DNA from: Candidatus Aquitaenariimonas noxiae
GTDB taxonomy: Bacteria > Omnitrophota > Gorgyraeia > Aquitaenariimonadales > Aquitaenariimonadaceae
DNA: 64,000 nucleotides
Reading direction: 5' to 3'
Assembly (NCBI GenBank): GCA_002780005.1
Contig: PEWV01000075.1
Coordinates: forward strand, 14,133 to 78,132
How positions within the stretch are numbered: position 1 is the stretch's first letter; each line of letters opens with the position of its first letter. Below are positions 46,630-61,400 of this stretch, one piece after another. The position numbers were made by a program, and so were the translations under genes. A model generated the notes under the pieces. That model worked only from the letters and a program-made list of their open reading frames with translations. It searched no databases and was not told where the DNA came from.

Positions 46630-48287
46630 CGGGACTCGTCCTCCATTTCGTAAGTAGAGTAAAAATACGGCGTATAAGCTTCGAACTCGGCGCCGCAGGT
46701 ATCAACCAGCTTATATGTTGTTTTTATGCCAAATTTGTTGCGCAACTTTCGAATATTATCTTCTTTTGTGCTGACTAAATTTGCGATCTGCTTATCGCTA
46801 AAACCAAACTGTTTTGCTTCGAAAAGCAAGCTCTTAAACATATTGGTATTATATTTACTTTTTGCTTTTTTGATCTTCTTCTCAAGGTCCACTATCTCTT
46901 CAATGTTATGAAGGAACCATCTGTCTATTTTTGTATGCTCGTAGATTTCATCTATATTCATCTTATTTTTTATGGCATATTTTATATAAAAAATCCTCTC
47001 CGCATTCGGGGTTTTTAATCTATCTATAAGTTGTTCGCGTGATACATCAAATTTTAAATCTTCCAAACCGGACACGCCTATCTCAAGTGACCTTAACCCC
47101 TTTTGCAGCGACTCTTTAAAAGTCCTTCCGATAGACATAGCCTCGCCTACGGATTTCATAGATATCGTGAGCGTTGAATCCGCCTGGGAGAATTTTTCAA
47201 ACGTAAAACGAGGAATTTTAACGACACAATAATCGATAGTAGGCTCAAAACATGCCGGCGTTTCCTTCGTAATATCATTCGGGATCTCATCAAGCGTATA
47301 CCCCACGGCCAGTTTCGCTGCTATCTTTGCAATAGGAAACCCCGTTGCCTTGGAAGCCAGGGCCGAACTCCTAGAGACCCTGGGATTCATTTCTATGACT
47401 ACCATTCTACCACTATCGGGGTGAACGGCAAACTGAATATTTGAACCTCCGGTCTCTACGCCGATCTCTCTAATGCAGGCTATCGCGGCATCGCGCATCT
47501 TTTGATATTCCCTATCCGTGAGGGTCTGCACCGGGGCAACTGTAATTGAATCGCCGGTATGGACCCCCATTGGATCAAAGTTTTCTATTGAACATATGAT
47601 AACAACATTATCTCTTTTATCTCTCATCACTTCAAGCTCGAATTCTTTCCAGCCGATAACCGATTCCTCTATTAATATCTCGCTTATCATGCTCGACTCA
47701 AGGCCTCGTTGGGCAATTTTCTTAAACTCCTCTATATTATATGCCACGCCGCCGCCTGTACCGCCCAGTGTGAAGCTCGGACGCACAATTACGGGGAAAC
47801 TGATCCTGCTTATTATCTCGTATGCTTCTTTTAACGTATGGGCTTCTCCGCTTTGGGGCAGATCAAGTCCGATCTTCTGCATTGCTTCTTTAAAAAGCTG
47901 CCTATTTTCGGCCTTTTTAATAGCTTTAATGTTTGCGCCTATAACCTCTACGCCATATTTATCAAAAATTCCGTTTTCGGCCACTTTCACGGTGACATTC
48001 AAGGCCGTCTGGCCTCCGAGCGTAGGCAAAATAGCGTCCGGTTTTTCTTTTTCTATTATTCTTTCAACTATTTCCGGAGTAATAGGCTCAATATATGTTT
48101 TATCCGCCATAACCGGGTCCGTCATTATGGTAGCCGGGTTACTATTCAATAAAACCACTTCAAATCCTTCCGACCTTAATACCTTGCACGCCTGGGTGCC
48201 GGAATAGTCAAATTCGCACGCCTGGCCTATTATGATAGGACCGGAACCGATTATGAGAATCTTTTTTATGTCTGTACGTTTTGGCAT
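46623..48287 (-). CDS. carB: carbamoyl-phosphate synthase large subunit, N-terminal half only (split carB)
   Basis: 554 aa starting [24 protein letters not shown]. Ends ...[20 protein letters not shown], just before the second synthetase domain would begin. guaA follows immediately. Confidence 0.85.
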   Translation of the reverse strand: MPKRTDIKKILIIGSGPIIIGQACEFDYSGTQACKVLRSEGFEVVLLNSNPATIMTDPVMADKTYIEPITPEIVERIIEKEKPDAILPTLGGQTALNVTVKVAENGIFDKYGVEVIGANIKAIKKAENRQLFKEAMQKIGLDLPQSGEAHTLKEAYEIISRISFPVIVRPSFTLGGTGGGVAYNIEEFKKIAQRGLESSMISEILIEESVIGWKEFELEVMRDKRDNVVIICSIENFDPMGVHTGDSITVAPVQTLTDREYQKMRDAAIACIREIGVETGGSNIQFAVHPDSGRMVVIEMNPRVSRSSALASKATGFPIAKIAAKLAVGYTLDEIPNDITKETPACFEPTIDYCVVKIPRFTFEKFSQADSTLTISMKSVGEAMSIGRTFKESLQKGLRSLEIGVSGLEDLKFDVSREQLIDRLKTPNAERIFYIKYAIKNKMNIDEIYEHTKIDRWFLHNIEEIVDLEKKIKKAKSKYNTNMFKSLLFEAKQFGFSDKQIANLVSTKEDNIRKLRNKFGIKTTYKLVDTCGAEFEAYTPYFYSTYEMEDESRG

Positions 48288-48289
48288 TT

Positions 48290-48366
48290 ATTTTAGCGTT
48301 TAGGGGTTAGCGTCTAGCGTTTAGTACTTTTACTAATCGCTAGCCGCTAATCGCTAGTCGCTGATC
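48290..48366. repeat. compound palindrome of TAGCG-containing repeats in the carA-carB intergenic region
   Basis: TTAGCGTTTAG / TTAGCGTCTAG direct repeats, a CTAGCGTTTAGTA-CTTT-TACTAATCGCTAG inverted core (48314-48343), then TAATCGCTAG(C/T)CGC x2. Confidence 0.7.
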
Positions 48367-48369
48367 CTT

Positions 48370-49458
48370 TCACTTACGCTTTCTTGTTTTCTCCATCAAT
48401 TTGACAAACTCATCAAACAAATACTCCGCGTCATGGGGGCCGGGCGAGGCCTCGGGGTGAAATTGCACGGAGAAAATCGGAAGCTTCTTATGCCTCATCC
48501 CTTCCGATGTTTTATCATTCAAATTTATATGCGTAGTTTCCATCTCTTTTTTATTTAAAGAATCTATATCAACACAAAAACCGTGGTTTTGTGCCGTAAT
48601 AGCTATTTTGCCTGTCTTTAGATCCTTTACCGGATGATTGGCGCCATGATGCCCGAATTTTAACTTGTATGTTTTTCCGCCAAAGGCCAATCCCAGTATC
48701 TGATGTCCGAGACAGATACCGAATATCGGACATTTCCCTACCAAGTTTTTCACGGTTTCAACTACGTAAGGAACTCCTTCCGGGTCCCCGGGGCCGTTTG
48801 AAAGCAGGATCCCGTCAGGCTTAAAAGCCATGATATCTCCTGCGCCTGTCTTTGCCGGGACAACTGTGACCCGGCAATTTCTTCCAGCCAGCTCCCTTAA
48901 TATATTAAATTTAACTCCACAATCTATTACCACAACTTTATATTTTCCTTTGTTGCTCCATTCCCTTACTTTATTAAGGCTGACTTCTTTAACCAGATCC
49001 CTGCCGATAAGACCTTTGGAGGATCTCGCCTTCTGTATCAAACTTTTATCATCCAAGTCTTCGGTGGATAAGACCGCTTTCATCGCACCTTTTAACCTTA
49101 TATGCCTTGTAAGCGCGCGGGTGTCTATGCCTTCAATGCCTATTATGTCGTTTTGTTGAAGGTATTCCTCCAGATCCAACTGGGAGCGCCAATTGCTTGA
49201 AATGCGGCTACGCTCTCTTACTACAAATCCTTCCACAAACGGTTTGCGCGATTCCATATCATCGCTGTTAATGCCGTAATTACCTATCAACGGATATGCC
49301 ATTGTAACAATCTGGCCCTTGTAGGAGGGGTCCGTCAGGATCTCCTGATAACCGGTCATTGAGGTATTAAAAACCACTTCTCCGTATGTGGTTCCTTCGG
49401 CCGCGAACGACTTGCCTTTGAATATCTTGCCATCTTCTAAAACCAATATAGCATTCAT
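48370..49458 (-). CDS. carA: carbamoyl-phosphate synthase small (glutaminase) subunit
   Basis: 362 aa; GICLGHQ catalytic Cys; class I GATase. Confidence 0.9.
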   Translation of the reverse strand: MNAILVLEDGKIFKGKSFAAEGTTYGEVVFNTSMTGYQEILTDPSYKGQIVTMAYPLIGNYGINSDDMESRKPFVEGFVVRERSRISSNWRSQLDLEEYLQQNDIIGIEGIDTRALTRHIRLKGAMKAVLSTEDLDDKSLIQKARSSKGLIGRDLVKEVSLNKVREWSNKGKYKVVVIDCGVKFNILRELAGRNCRVTVVPAKTGAGDIMAFKPDGILLSNGPGDPEGVPYVVETVKNLVGKCPIFGICLGHQILGLAFGGKTYKLKFGHHGANHPVKDLKTGKIAITAQNHGFCVDIDSLNKKEMETTHINLNDKTSEGMRHKKLPIFSVQFHPEASPGPHDAEYLFDEFVKLMEKTRKRK

Positions 49459-49459
49459 A

Positions 49460-53318
<3,859 letters not shown>

Positions 53319-53319
53319 A

Positions 53320-54015
53320 TTATTTACCTTTCAGCCATTTCAGTGTAGATTTAAAAATTAAGGAGCCGTGATCGGACCCAAGTAGTTTCTCAGCGCTTCT
53401 TTCCGGATGAGGCATCATCCCTAATACATTACCCTGTTTATTTATAATACCGGCAACATTGCCTATGGCTCCATTTGGGTTAAATCTATCGCCAACCTCT
53501 CCTTGTTCGCTGCAGTAACGAAAAACAATCTGCTTATTTTCTGTAAGGTTTTTAAGCCCTTTTGTATCGATATAGTAGTTACCCTCATTATGGGCTATTG
53601 GGATCTTTAAAATTTGATCCCTTTTGCCCAAATTTGTAAATGGCGTAGCATTGTTTTCTAACTTTATATGTACATGCTTACAAATAAAATGAAGGTTTTT
53701 GTTTCTTAGCATCGCGCCGGGTAGCAGGCCGGCTTCCAGTAATATTTGAAAACCGTTACAAATTCCAATAACCAACCCTCCTCTATGGGCAAATCTAGTC
53801 ACCGATTTCATCACAGGAGAAAATCGAGCCACCGCGCCAGTTCTCAGATAGTCGCCATAACTGAACCCCCCCGGTAATACCAAACAATCATATGCATCCA
53901 CTTTGGTATTTTTGTGCCAGATATATTCCGCAGGCTGCTTTAAAATATCTCTGATCGCATAGAAGCAATCTTGTTCGCAATTAGAACCTGGAAAAACTAT
54001 AACACCGAATTTCAT
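53320..54015 (-). CDS. purQ: phosphoribosylformylglycinamidine synthase glutaminase subunit PurQ
   Basis: GICNGFQ catalytic Cys; HPER. Confidence 0.9.
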   Translation of the reverse strand: MKFGVIVFPGSNCEQDCFYAIRDILKQPAEYIWHKNTKVDAYDCLVLPGGFSYGDYLRTGAVARFSPVMKSVTRFAHRGGLVIGICNGFQILLEAGLLPGAMLRNKNLHFICKHVHIKLENNATPFTNLGKRDQILKIPIAHNEGNYYIDTKGLKNLTENKQIVFRYCSEQGEVGDRFNPNGAIGNVAGIINKQGNVLGMMPHPERSAEKLLGSDHGSLIFKSTLKWLKGK

Positions 54016-54263
54016 TTATCACCTTTCATCTTAACGTTATAATCTTCTGTTATTGGATTAGCTAATAATTTCCTGCACATATTATCGATTTTCTTTTTAG
54101 CCTTCTCTTTATTTTGGCAATCTATTTTAATAGTAATAAATTTACCGATTCGGACTTCGTCTAAACCTTTATACCCCATTGACTCTAATGCGTGTTTAAT
54201 GGTTAAACCTTGCGGATCAACTATTTTTTTCTTCAAAGTAATGTAAATTTCTGACTTTAACAT
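54012..54263 (-). CDS. purS: phosphoribosylformylglycinamidine synthase subunit PurS
   Basis: 83 aa; overlaps the purQ start. Confidence 0.85.
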   Translation of the reverse strand: MLKSEIYITLKKKIVDPQGLTIKHALESMGYKGLDEVRIGKFITIKIDCQNKEKAKKKIDNMCRKLLANPITEDYNVKMKGDK

Positions 54264-54356
54264 ATTCTACTCCTCCCTATGTGTACTAAAAGAACAACCC
54301 TTAAAAAATTTTTCTGTCTTCAAAGGCTGTTTTTGCCTTCATATGGATATTCTCTT

Positions 54357-55931
54357 CTAACCTGAAAAACATACAATTTTTTGCGATACTACATCCGATA
54401 CTATTTTTAAGTCCCTGCCTTCTGCATCGTAGACGCTGACAACGTCGTTATATGCGGCTGCCTTAGGCATTAGTTTCATAAATAAATTTTTAGACTTTGA
54501 GAACCATTTATTATTCAATGCGACTTTTTCTTTTTGAGGAAATAACGCAACATAGAATATGTTCGTCTCCACAAGGTCCTGGAAAAAATGCGTTCCGAAG
54601 GATAATTCAGGCATGAGATTTCCGCCGGAAAAAGCGACTTCCACAAGCACGGCTATATTGTTTATCTCGGCAAACTTGACCGGTACGCCCAGGGACGGGG
54701 TTGTCGTGCCCCATCTCCCCGGCCCCATAAGAAGTGTTGGTAATTTTTCTCTGTCTTCTATATTTTTATTCAGCGTTCCTACTATGCGCGCGACTTCATA
54801 CTGGTCGGACAATACAAGCTTACCGTACTTCTCCGGATCGACACATATAATTCTTTTGATTTCCTGAGATATATTGCCGCCTAAAAAATATCCGTGCGAT
54901 TCAAAAAGTATCTTTTCCCTGCTTATGCTGCCAGGTATATCAACCTTACAGCCGATCCTTCTTGTCTGCAGGGGGCGGCATTGCAGCAGGTTTATCTTGA
55001 AGGCGTTGTTCTTTGTAAAGTTTACGGTAAATTCTATTTCAATAGGATAGCGGTAATTCTTTTCGATCGTCACAAGTATTTTCCTGAAGGAATCTGCCAA
55101 CGTATTATAGTCGAATACCTTGTCGAGTGTCAATATCCAATATTCCTTATCTCCCGCGCCTCGATCGTTCATCATGCGCATGGATTCATAATCTTTTACC
55201 GCCACGCGGCTTGTATCTCTGTAAGTCTTCTCGCTTACAAGTCTTTCGAACGGAACAGTTTGGAAAACATTTTCTTTTGTATTTATGAGATCTACTTCGT
55301 GCTGTGAGAATTTCCTTAAATCATCCTTCTCCGCGTACGGCCTTCTTAAAGGATCGTCAAGCGCAACCATTCTCGGGTAATCACCCTCTACGCGATTGAC
55401 CGCCCTTGTGCCTAACCCGAACACCAGTCTAAGCATACCTGCCTTCGGGTCCATATTTTCATTCCAGACATATGTATTATGGGACACGCCGACGCCGGCA
55501 AGGTCCGGAAAAAAATAATTTTTATGATGGGCCCCGGAAACGCGCTGCACCAGGAGCGCCATCTGTTCATCTAATTTATCCAAACCCCTCTGTTTTCTGT
55601 ATACGAGGGCATCTTCGCTCATCGTGCTTGCATAAATTCTTTTTACGGCCTCTGCAAACTGTATATATCTCTGCTCCGGCGTGCCCTGATTTGCCAAAAA
55701 TATGCTTTCGTATTTACCGGCAAATGCGTTCCCGAAGCCATCCTCCAGAAGAGAGCTCGAGCGTATTATAATAGGAGATGAGCCGAAATACTCCACGATC
55801 TGCTGAAAGCTTTCCATTATATCATCGGAAAATACGCCGTAAAGCATCTTTTCTTTTAAGATCTTTGCGATATTAAAATATCCATCCTCGGTCTTCTGCT
55901 GCATACGCAGTTTCCACCATCGATTTTGCAC
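54357..55931 (-). CDS. PEP/pyruvate-binding (PPDK_N, ATP-grasp-like) domain protein, C-terminal portion; likely continuous with the upstream ORF via frameshift
   Basis: IIIRSSSLLEDGFGNAFAGKYES matches the VRSSATAED..SFAGQ signature of the PEP synthase/PPDK N-terminal domain. GTG start overlaps the upstream ORF by 59 nt in another frame. Confidence 0.6.
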   Translation of the reverse strand: MQNRWWKLRMQQKTEDGYFNIAKILKEKMLYGVFSDDIMESFQQIVEYFGSSPIIIRSSSLLEDGFGNAFAGKYESIFLANQGTPEQRYIQFAEAVKRIYASTMSEDALVYRKQRGLDKLDEQMALLVQRVSGAHHKNYFFPDLAGVGVSHNTYVWNENMDPKAGMLRLVFGLGTRAVNRVEGDYPRMVALDDPLRRPYAEKDDLRKFSQHEVDLINTKENVFQTVPFERLVSEKTYRDTSRVAVKDYESMRMMNDRGAGDKEYWILTLDKVFDYNTLADSFRKILVTIEKNYRYPIEIEFTVNFTKNNAFKINLLQCRPLQTRRIGCKVDIPGSISREKILFESHGYFLGGNISQEIKRIICVDPEKYGKLVLSDQYEVARIVGTLNKNIEDREKLPTLLMGPGRWGTTTPSLGVPVKFAEINNIAVLVEVAFSGGNLMPELSFGTHFFQDLVETNIFYVALFPQKEKVALNNKWFSKSKNLFMKLMPKAAAYNDVVSVYDAEGRDLKIVSDVVSQKIVCFSG

Positions 55932-56967
55932 TATATAAGAATAAAATATATCCGAACCTATCTATATAGAACGAGTCGTGCAGTTCCGAGAGTTTTTTCC
56001 AATCAAGAGATTTATCTTTCGATAGTATTTTTCTGGCCAAAAGCATGCCTACGCTTTTCCCTCCGATAAAACCCGTTCCTATCAGCCTGTATTTTATATC
56101 TACGAGCTCCTCAAGCGAAAAATTTTGTATCGCCAAGGATAAGATCTTCTTATTCTTGGTCACCATTATGCTCGATAGCTTCTTTATCATATCTTTTATC
56201 TTCTCTTTTTTCGCAGGACTTTTTACAAGCTCCTCCGCATCAATGAATAAGCGGTCCCAGTAATCGTGATTTCTCTTGGCGTTCTCCGCTCCTTTTTCGC
56301 GAATATAAGAGAGTATTTTTACGGCGTTAACGCTGTCGGTAATGGGTATAAACCTTTCGTTCTTCTTTTGGTGCGGAAGGAACATTGTCGGCGAATACCG
56401 GTTCCATACTTTAAGCGGGTGTATATACAAGCTACCCTCGCAATGGTACACATCCATCAAGAGCTGAGTAGTTTCGCGTATGCTGGCTATGGACTTGAAG
56501 GAATGGTTATTGCGCAATATAGAAAAATATGTAATAGTCTTAAGTTCGTAAAGGTACGGGCATGTAACCATAAAAAAGTTTCCTGTCATAAGATCGGTAG
56601 CCCACGCCGAAAGGAGTTCTGACAGGCAATCAAACACATAATACGCCCCTTCGCCTTCCTGGGTAATAATATTATTTACCCTTGTGGTAAAATATTCGAA
56701 TCCGGCATTGGCATTAAGTTCGTATCGTTTTATCTTTTTTGAGGGCTTAAGCAGTTCCTTGTGTGATGCAAACCGCATGTATATAACTTTCTTATTCTCG
56801 CCAAGCGCCTGACGCACAAACGGCGTTACAAGGTCAATATAATCTTTTATATCGTCTATCTGCCAGACTACATTGTCCCCGGTCCTCAAGCCCGTGATCA
56901 CGCTATCCAAACCTTTTATGCCTGTACTTATCATATCAATAACCCTTCGCCCTTCGATTCCGCACAA
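55873..56967 (-). CDS. N-terminal portion: degenerate RecA/KaiC-like domain followed by the start of the PPDK_N domain (GGKSVGMLLARKIL)
   Basis: TGIKGLDSVITGLRTGDNVVWQ resembles KaiC/RadA N-terminus but lacks Walker A. C-terminal FIGGKSVGMLLARKI matches the LVGGKNASLGEM start of PPDK_N, which continues in the downstream ORF. Confidence 0.5.
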   Translation of the reverse strand: MCGIEGRRVIDMISTGIKGLDSVITGLRTGDNVVWQIDDIKDYIDLVTPFVRQALGENKKVIYMRFASHKELLKPSKKIKRYELNANAGFEYFTTRVNNIITQEGEGAYYVFDCLSELLSAWATDLMTGNFFMVTCPYLYELKTITYFSILRNNHSFKSIASIRETTQLLMDVYHCEGSLYIHPLKVWNRYSPTMFLPHQKKNERFIPITDSVNAVKILSYIREKGAENAKRNHDYWDRLFIDAEELVKSPAKKEKIKDMIKKLSSIMVTKNKKILSLAIQNFSLEELVDIKYRLIGTGFIGGKSVGMLLARKILSKDKSLDWKKLSELHDSFYIDRFGYILFLYSAKSMVETAYAAEDRGWIF

Positions 56968-56972
56968 TAGTT

Positions 56973-58439
56973 TTACATAGACGGCAAATTGCTTTCGCCT
57001 ATCAGATATTTATCAATACAATAGGCCGAACGCCTGCCTTCGGATATGGCCCAAACTATTAGCGATTGTCCTCTTCTGGCGTCACCTGCCGAAAATATAT
57101 TCTTAATAGAAGTTATATATTTTTCATCTGTTTTGATGTTGCCGCGATTGTCTAATTCCAGACCCAGATCATTCAGAAGACCTCCGCGCTCGGGATGCAT
57201 GAATCCTATCGCGAGGATCACCAGATCAGCCTCTATTTCAAACTCTGTGCCCGGGATCTCTTTCATGACCTGACAGTTTTTCCCATTTTCTTTAGAAAAT
57301 TCAATTTTAACGCACGATACTTTTTTTACGCAGCCTTTTTCTCCGATAAATCGTTTTGTCAACACCGCCCAATGGCGCTCGCCGCCCTCTTCGTGGCTGG
57401 TGGAAGTTTTCAAAATAAAAGGATACCTTGGCCAGGGATCGCTAGCGGTCCTGCATTCGGAAGGCTTAGGAAGCACTTCTATCTGCACAACGCAGCTCGC
57501 CCCCTGCCTGTGCGCAGTCCCGACGCAATCCGCCCCGGTATCTCCGCCTCCTATCACAAGAACTTTCTTACCCTTGGCGTCTATGGGTTCGCCCCCAGAA
57601 CGCTTTTCACCAGACACTCTGCAATTGGACTGCATTAAATAATCCATGGCAAAATATATTCCCTTTAGTTCCCTGCCTTCAATAGTCAAATCCCTGGGAA
57701 TGCGTGAACCTATGGCGATACAAATAGCATCAAACTCCTCTTTTAATTTTGAAATCGGGTAATCAGGCCCCACATTAAGGCCTGTTTTAAATTTAATTCC
57801 TTCTTTTTCTAAAATCTTGACCCTTCTCTCGATTATCTTTTTTTCCAGTTTAAAATCAGGTATACCGTAACGTAAAATACCTCCGACCTTATCATCTTTT
57901 TCAAACACCGTTACCGAATGGCCTGCCTTATTAAGCTGGCCTGCGCACGATAATCCTGCAGGGCCGGAACCTATGACAGCTATTTTCTTTCCCGTGCGGA
58001 TTTTTGGAGCCTTTGGCTTGATAAGACTTTCCTTAAAGGCATATTCTATTATAGACAGCTCGTTTTCTCTTATAGTTACAGGATCATCTGTTAAGCCCAG
58101 CACGCAGGCGTATTCACAAAGCGCTGGGCATAATCTGCCAGTTATCTCAGGCAGGTTATTTGTAGCTTGAAGGAGGTCAAGCGCGGCTTCCCATTTACCT
58201 TTAAACATATAATCGTTCCATTCAGGAATGTAGTTCCCTACCGGGCAACCCCAATGGCAAAACGGCGTCGCGCAGTCCATGCAGCGCGAAGCTTGTTCCT
58301 GCGACTGCTTCTCAGGGCACATTTTTGAAACATCCTTAAAGTCTTTGACGCGCTCGCAGACTTCTCTGTAAAGAGTTTTTTCTCTTCCCAATTTTAAGAA
58401 TCCTCGCGGATCACCCATCTGATGCCTCCACCAAATCAA
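56973..58439 (-). CDS. gltD: glutamate synthase (NADPH) small subunit
   Basis: N-terminal Fe-S Cys cluster; FAD/NAD(P) Rossmann motifs (IAVIGSGPAGL, VLVIGGGDTG). Confidence 0.85.
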   Translation of the reverse strand: MIWWRHQMGDPRGFLKLGREKTLYREVCERVKDFKDVSKMCPEKQSQEQASRCMDCATPFCHWGCPVGNYIPEWNDYMFKGKWEAALDLLQATNNLPEITGRLCPALCEYACVLGLTDDPVTIRENELSIIEYAFKESLIKPKAPKIRTGKKIAVIGSGPAGLSCAGQLNKAGHSVTVFEKDDKVGGILRYGIPDFKLEKKIIERRVKILEKEGIKFKTGLNVGPDYPISKLKEEFDAICIAIGSRIPRDLTIEGRELKGIYFAMDYLMQSNCRVSGEKRSGGEPIDAKGKKVLVIGGGDTGADCVGTAHRQGASCVVQIEVLPKPSECRTASDPWPRYPFILKTSTSHEEGGERHWAVLTKRFIGEKGCVKKVSCVKIEFSKENGKNCQVMKEIPGTEFEIEADLVILAIGFMHPERGGLLNDLGLELDNRGNIKTDEKYITSIKNIFSAGDARRGQSLIVWAISEGRRSAYCIDKYLIGESNLPSM

Positions 58440-61400
58440 GCTTTTCCTCTACCTTTATACCTTCCAGGATGCGTTTATATTCTATCGGTATAACTTTGAC
58501 AAATTTTTTGAGTTCTTCCCGCATGTTGCCCGTAATTTTTTTTGCTTTCTCACTTTTTGTATATTTAAAGTGATTATGAAGCAAGTGATATATCACATCT
58601 TTATCTCCTTCCTTCATTCCTTCGAGCTTTATCATATCCATGTTGCACTTGTCTTTGAACGTTCCATCTTCATCGTATACATACGCTATTCCGCCTGACA
58701 TGCCTGCGGCAAAATTCCTGCCCGTCTTGCCAAGGATAATTATTCTTCCGCCTGTCATATATTCGCAACCATGGTCGCCGACACCTTCCACAACAGCATG
58801 GAGCCCTGAATTCCTCACGCAAAATCTTTCTCCGGCAACGCCGCATATATAAGCCTCTCCGGAAATGGCCCCATAGAAGGTCGTATTGCCTATAATAATA
58901 TTCTCGTCCGGTTTATATTGCGCCGTTCTATCCTGATAAATGATGATCTTTCCGCCCGATATCCCTTTTCCAACATAGTCATTGGCCATTCCTTCCAGTT
59001 CAAGCGTAATACCTTTTGCCAGAAACGCGCCGAAACTTTGCCCTGCAATACCCCTGAATTTGCACATTATGGTATCTTCTAAAAGGATACCGTCGCCGCA
59101 TTTTCTCGTAACTTCACCGCTCAGCATTGTGCCGGTAGCCCTGTTAGTATTGTTAATTTCGAGTGAAAGTTTGACCGGTTTATTTTTCTCAAATGCGTCT
59201 TTGCACAATTTAATCAGTTCTTTATCGAGAACTGTATCAAGCCCACTTTCTTGTTTGGACTTGCAATACCGTCCTACGCTTTCAGGCAGGTCCGGTTTAT
59301 AAAGGATCTTGGAGTAATCTATTTCCTTAACTTTTAAAGGAATAAGGTTTTTGTTCACATGAAGAAGGTCCGTTCTCCCTATCATCTCGTCGATGGTCCG
59401 CACCCCTAAGCTTGCCATTATCTCCCGAAGTTCCTGCGCTACAAATCTAAAATAATTCACTATATATTCCGGCCTTCCGCTGAAATGCTTCTGTAAAATA
59501 TCATCCTGCGTAGCCACGCCGACCGAACAGTTGTTTAAATGGCAGTGCCTCAGCATGACGCATCCCATCACAATAAGCACGGCCGTGCAAAAACCGTACT
59601 CTTCGGCCCCCAGCAAAGCCGCGATAGCGACATCACGACCCGTGCGCATCTGCCCATCAGTTTGTATCCTGGTCCTTGAACGCAGATTATTAAGGACAAG
59701 CGTCTGGTGCGTCTCGGAAAGGCCCAGTTCCCAAGGAAGTCCGGCATATCTTATAGAGCTCAAAGGAGATGCCCCGGTCCCTCCGTCTCCGCCTGAAATC
59801 AGGATCATATCTGCCCGGCCTTTTGCCACACCGGCCGCAACGGTCCCAACGCCTATTTCTGATACGAGCTTCACGCTTATCCGCGCCGTTGGGTTAACAT
59901 TTTTTAGATCAAAGATCAGCTGTGCGAGGTCTTCTATAGAATATATATCGTGATGGGGCGGAGGCGATATTAAAGTAACGCCCGGAGTCGTATATCTGGT
60001 TCGCGCAATTATTTCACTAACCTTGTGTCCGGGCAGCTGGCCACCCTCTCCGGGTTTTGCGCCTTGAGCAATCTTTATTTGTATCTCATCCGCATTAACA
60101 AGATAATTCGTCGTAACTCCGAACCTTCCCGAAGCGACCTGCTTTATGGCGCTCCGCCTGGAATCGCCGTTAGGCAGGGTTATAAATCTATTAGGGTCCT
60201 CACCGCCTTCTCCTGTATTAGACTTGCCGCCTATTCTGTTCATAGCGATAGCTATTGTTTCATGCGCCAATCTGCTTATCGAGCCGAAGCTCATAGCCCC
60301 TGTCGCGAATCTTCTCATAATATTCTCGATAGGCTCAACCTCATTGATAGGGATCGCTTTTGTTTTTTCGGAAGAAAATTTAAACAAGCTCCTTAATGTC
60401 GTGGGATTTGCCGACTGATCGTTTATGATATTGGCGAATTCTCTATATCGATCATAGCTATTCTCGAGTGTAGCGTCCTGCAAGGCATGGATCGTCTCCG
60501 GGTTCCAAAGGTGGGATTCGCCGTCCTTTTTCCATTGGTAGATCCCGCCGCTTGACAAATAAGGACTGTCTATGTCTCTTTCGTAATAAGCGCTCATGTG
60601 TCTCGATATGTACTCATCCGCAATACCGCTAAGGCCAACTCCTCCGATCCGCGACACAGTCCCCGTAAAATATTTATCTATAAATTCATTATCTAGGCCC
60701 AAAGCTTCAAATATTTGGGCGCCGCGATAACTTCTAAGAGTGGATATTCCCATCTTTGATAATATTTTTAATATACCGTCCGTTAAGGCTTTATTGTAAT
60801 TCTTAAGCGCGCTTTTAAGTTCTAGGCGGATCTCTTTTTGCGTTATAAGATATTCTATTCCTTCATACGCAAGATACGGATTAACGCAATCGGCTCCGTA
60901 ACCAAAAAGCAAGGCAAAATGATGCACCTCTCTTGGTTCGGCACTTTCAATTATTATCGCGACTTGTGAGCGTATTGTCTTCCTTACAAGATGCTGATGG
61001 ACAGCGCTTGTAGCCAAAAGTGAAGGCAGGGCAATATTATCTTTACCCGAACCCCGGTCGCTCAATATTATAAAAGAATATCCCTTTTCGATAGCATATT
61101 CGGCTTCAAACGAGATCCTCTCCAATGCCCGCACAAAGCCTTCCCTGCCGCTTGCCGCATCAAAAAAGGTGTATATTGTTTTTGTTTTAAAACCGTTTAT
61201 GCTTATATCGCGTATTCTTTCAAGCTCATCATCCGTTAATATAGGGTTTTTTACCATAAGTTTATGACTATGCTTCGGAGTCTCCTCTAATATATTCTTT
61301 TCAGGGCCTATGAAACTTTCAAGACTCATGACAAGCTTCTCCCTTATGGGATCTATGGGGGGATTGGTCACTTGCGCAAATAATTGTTTAAAATAATTAT

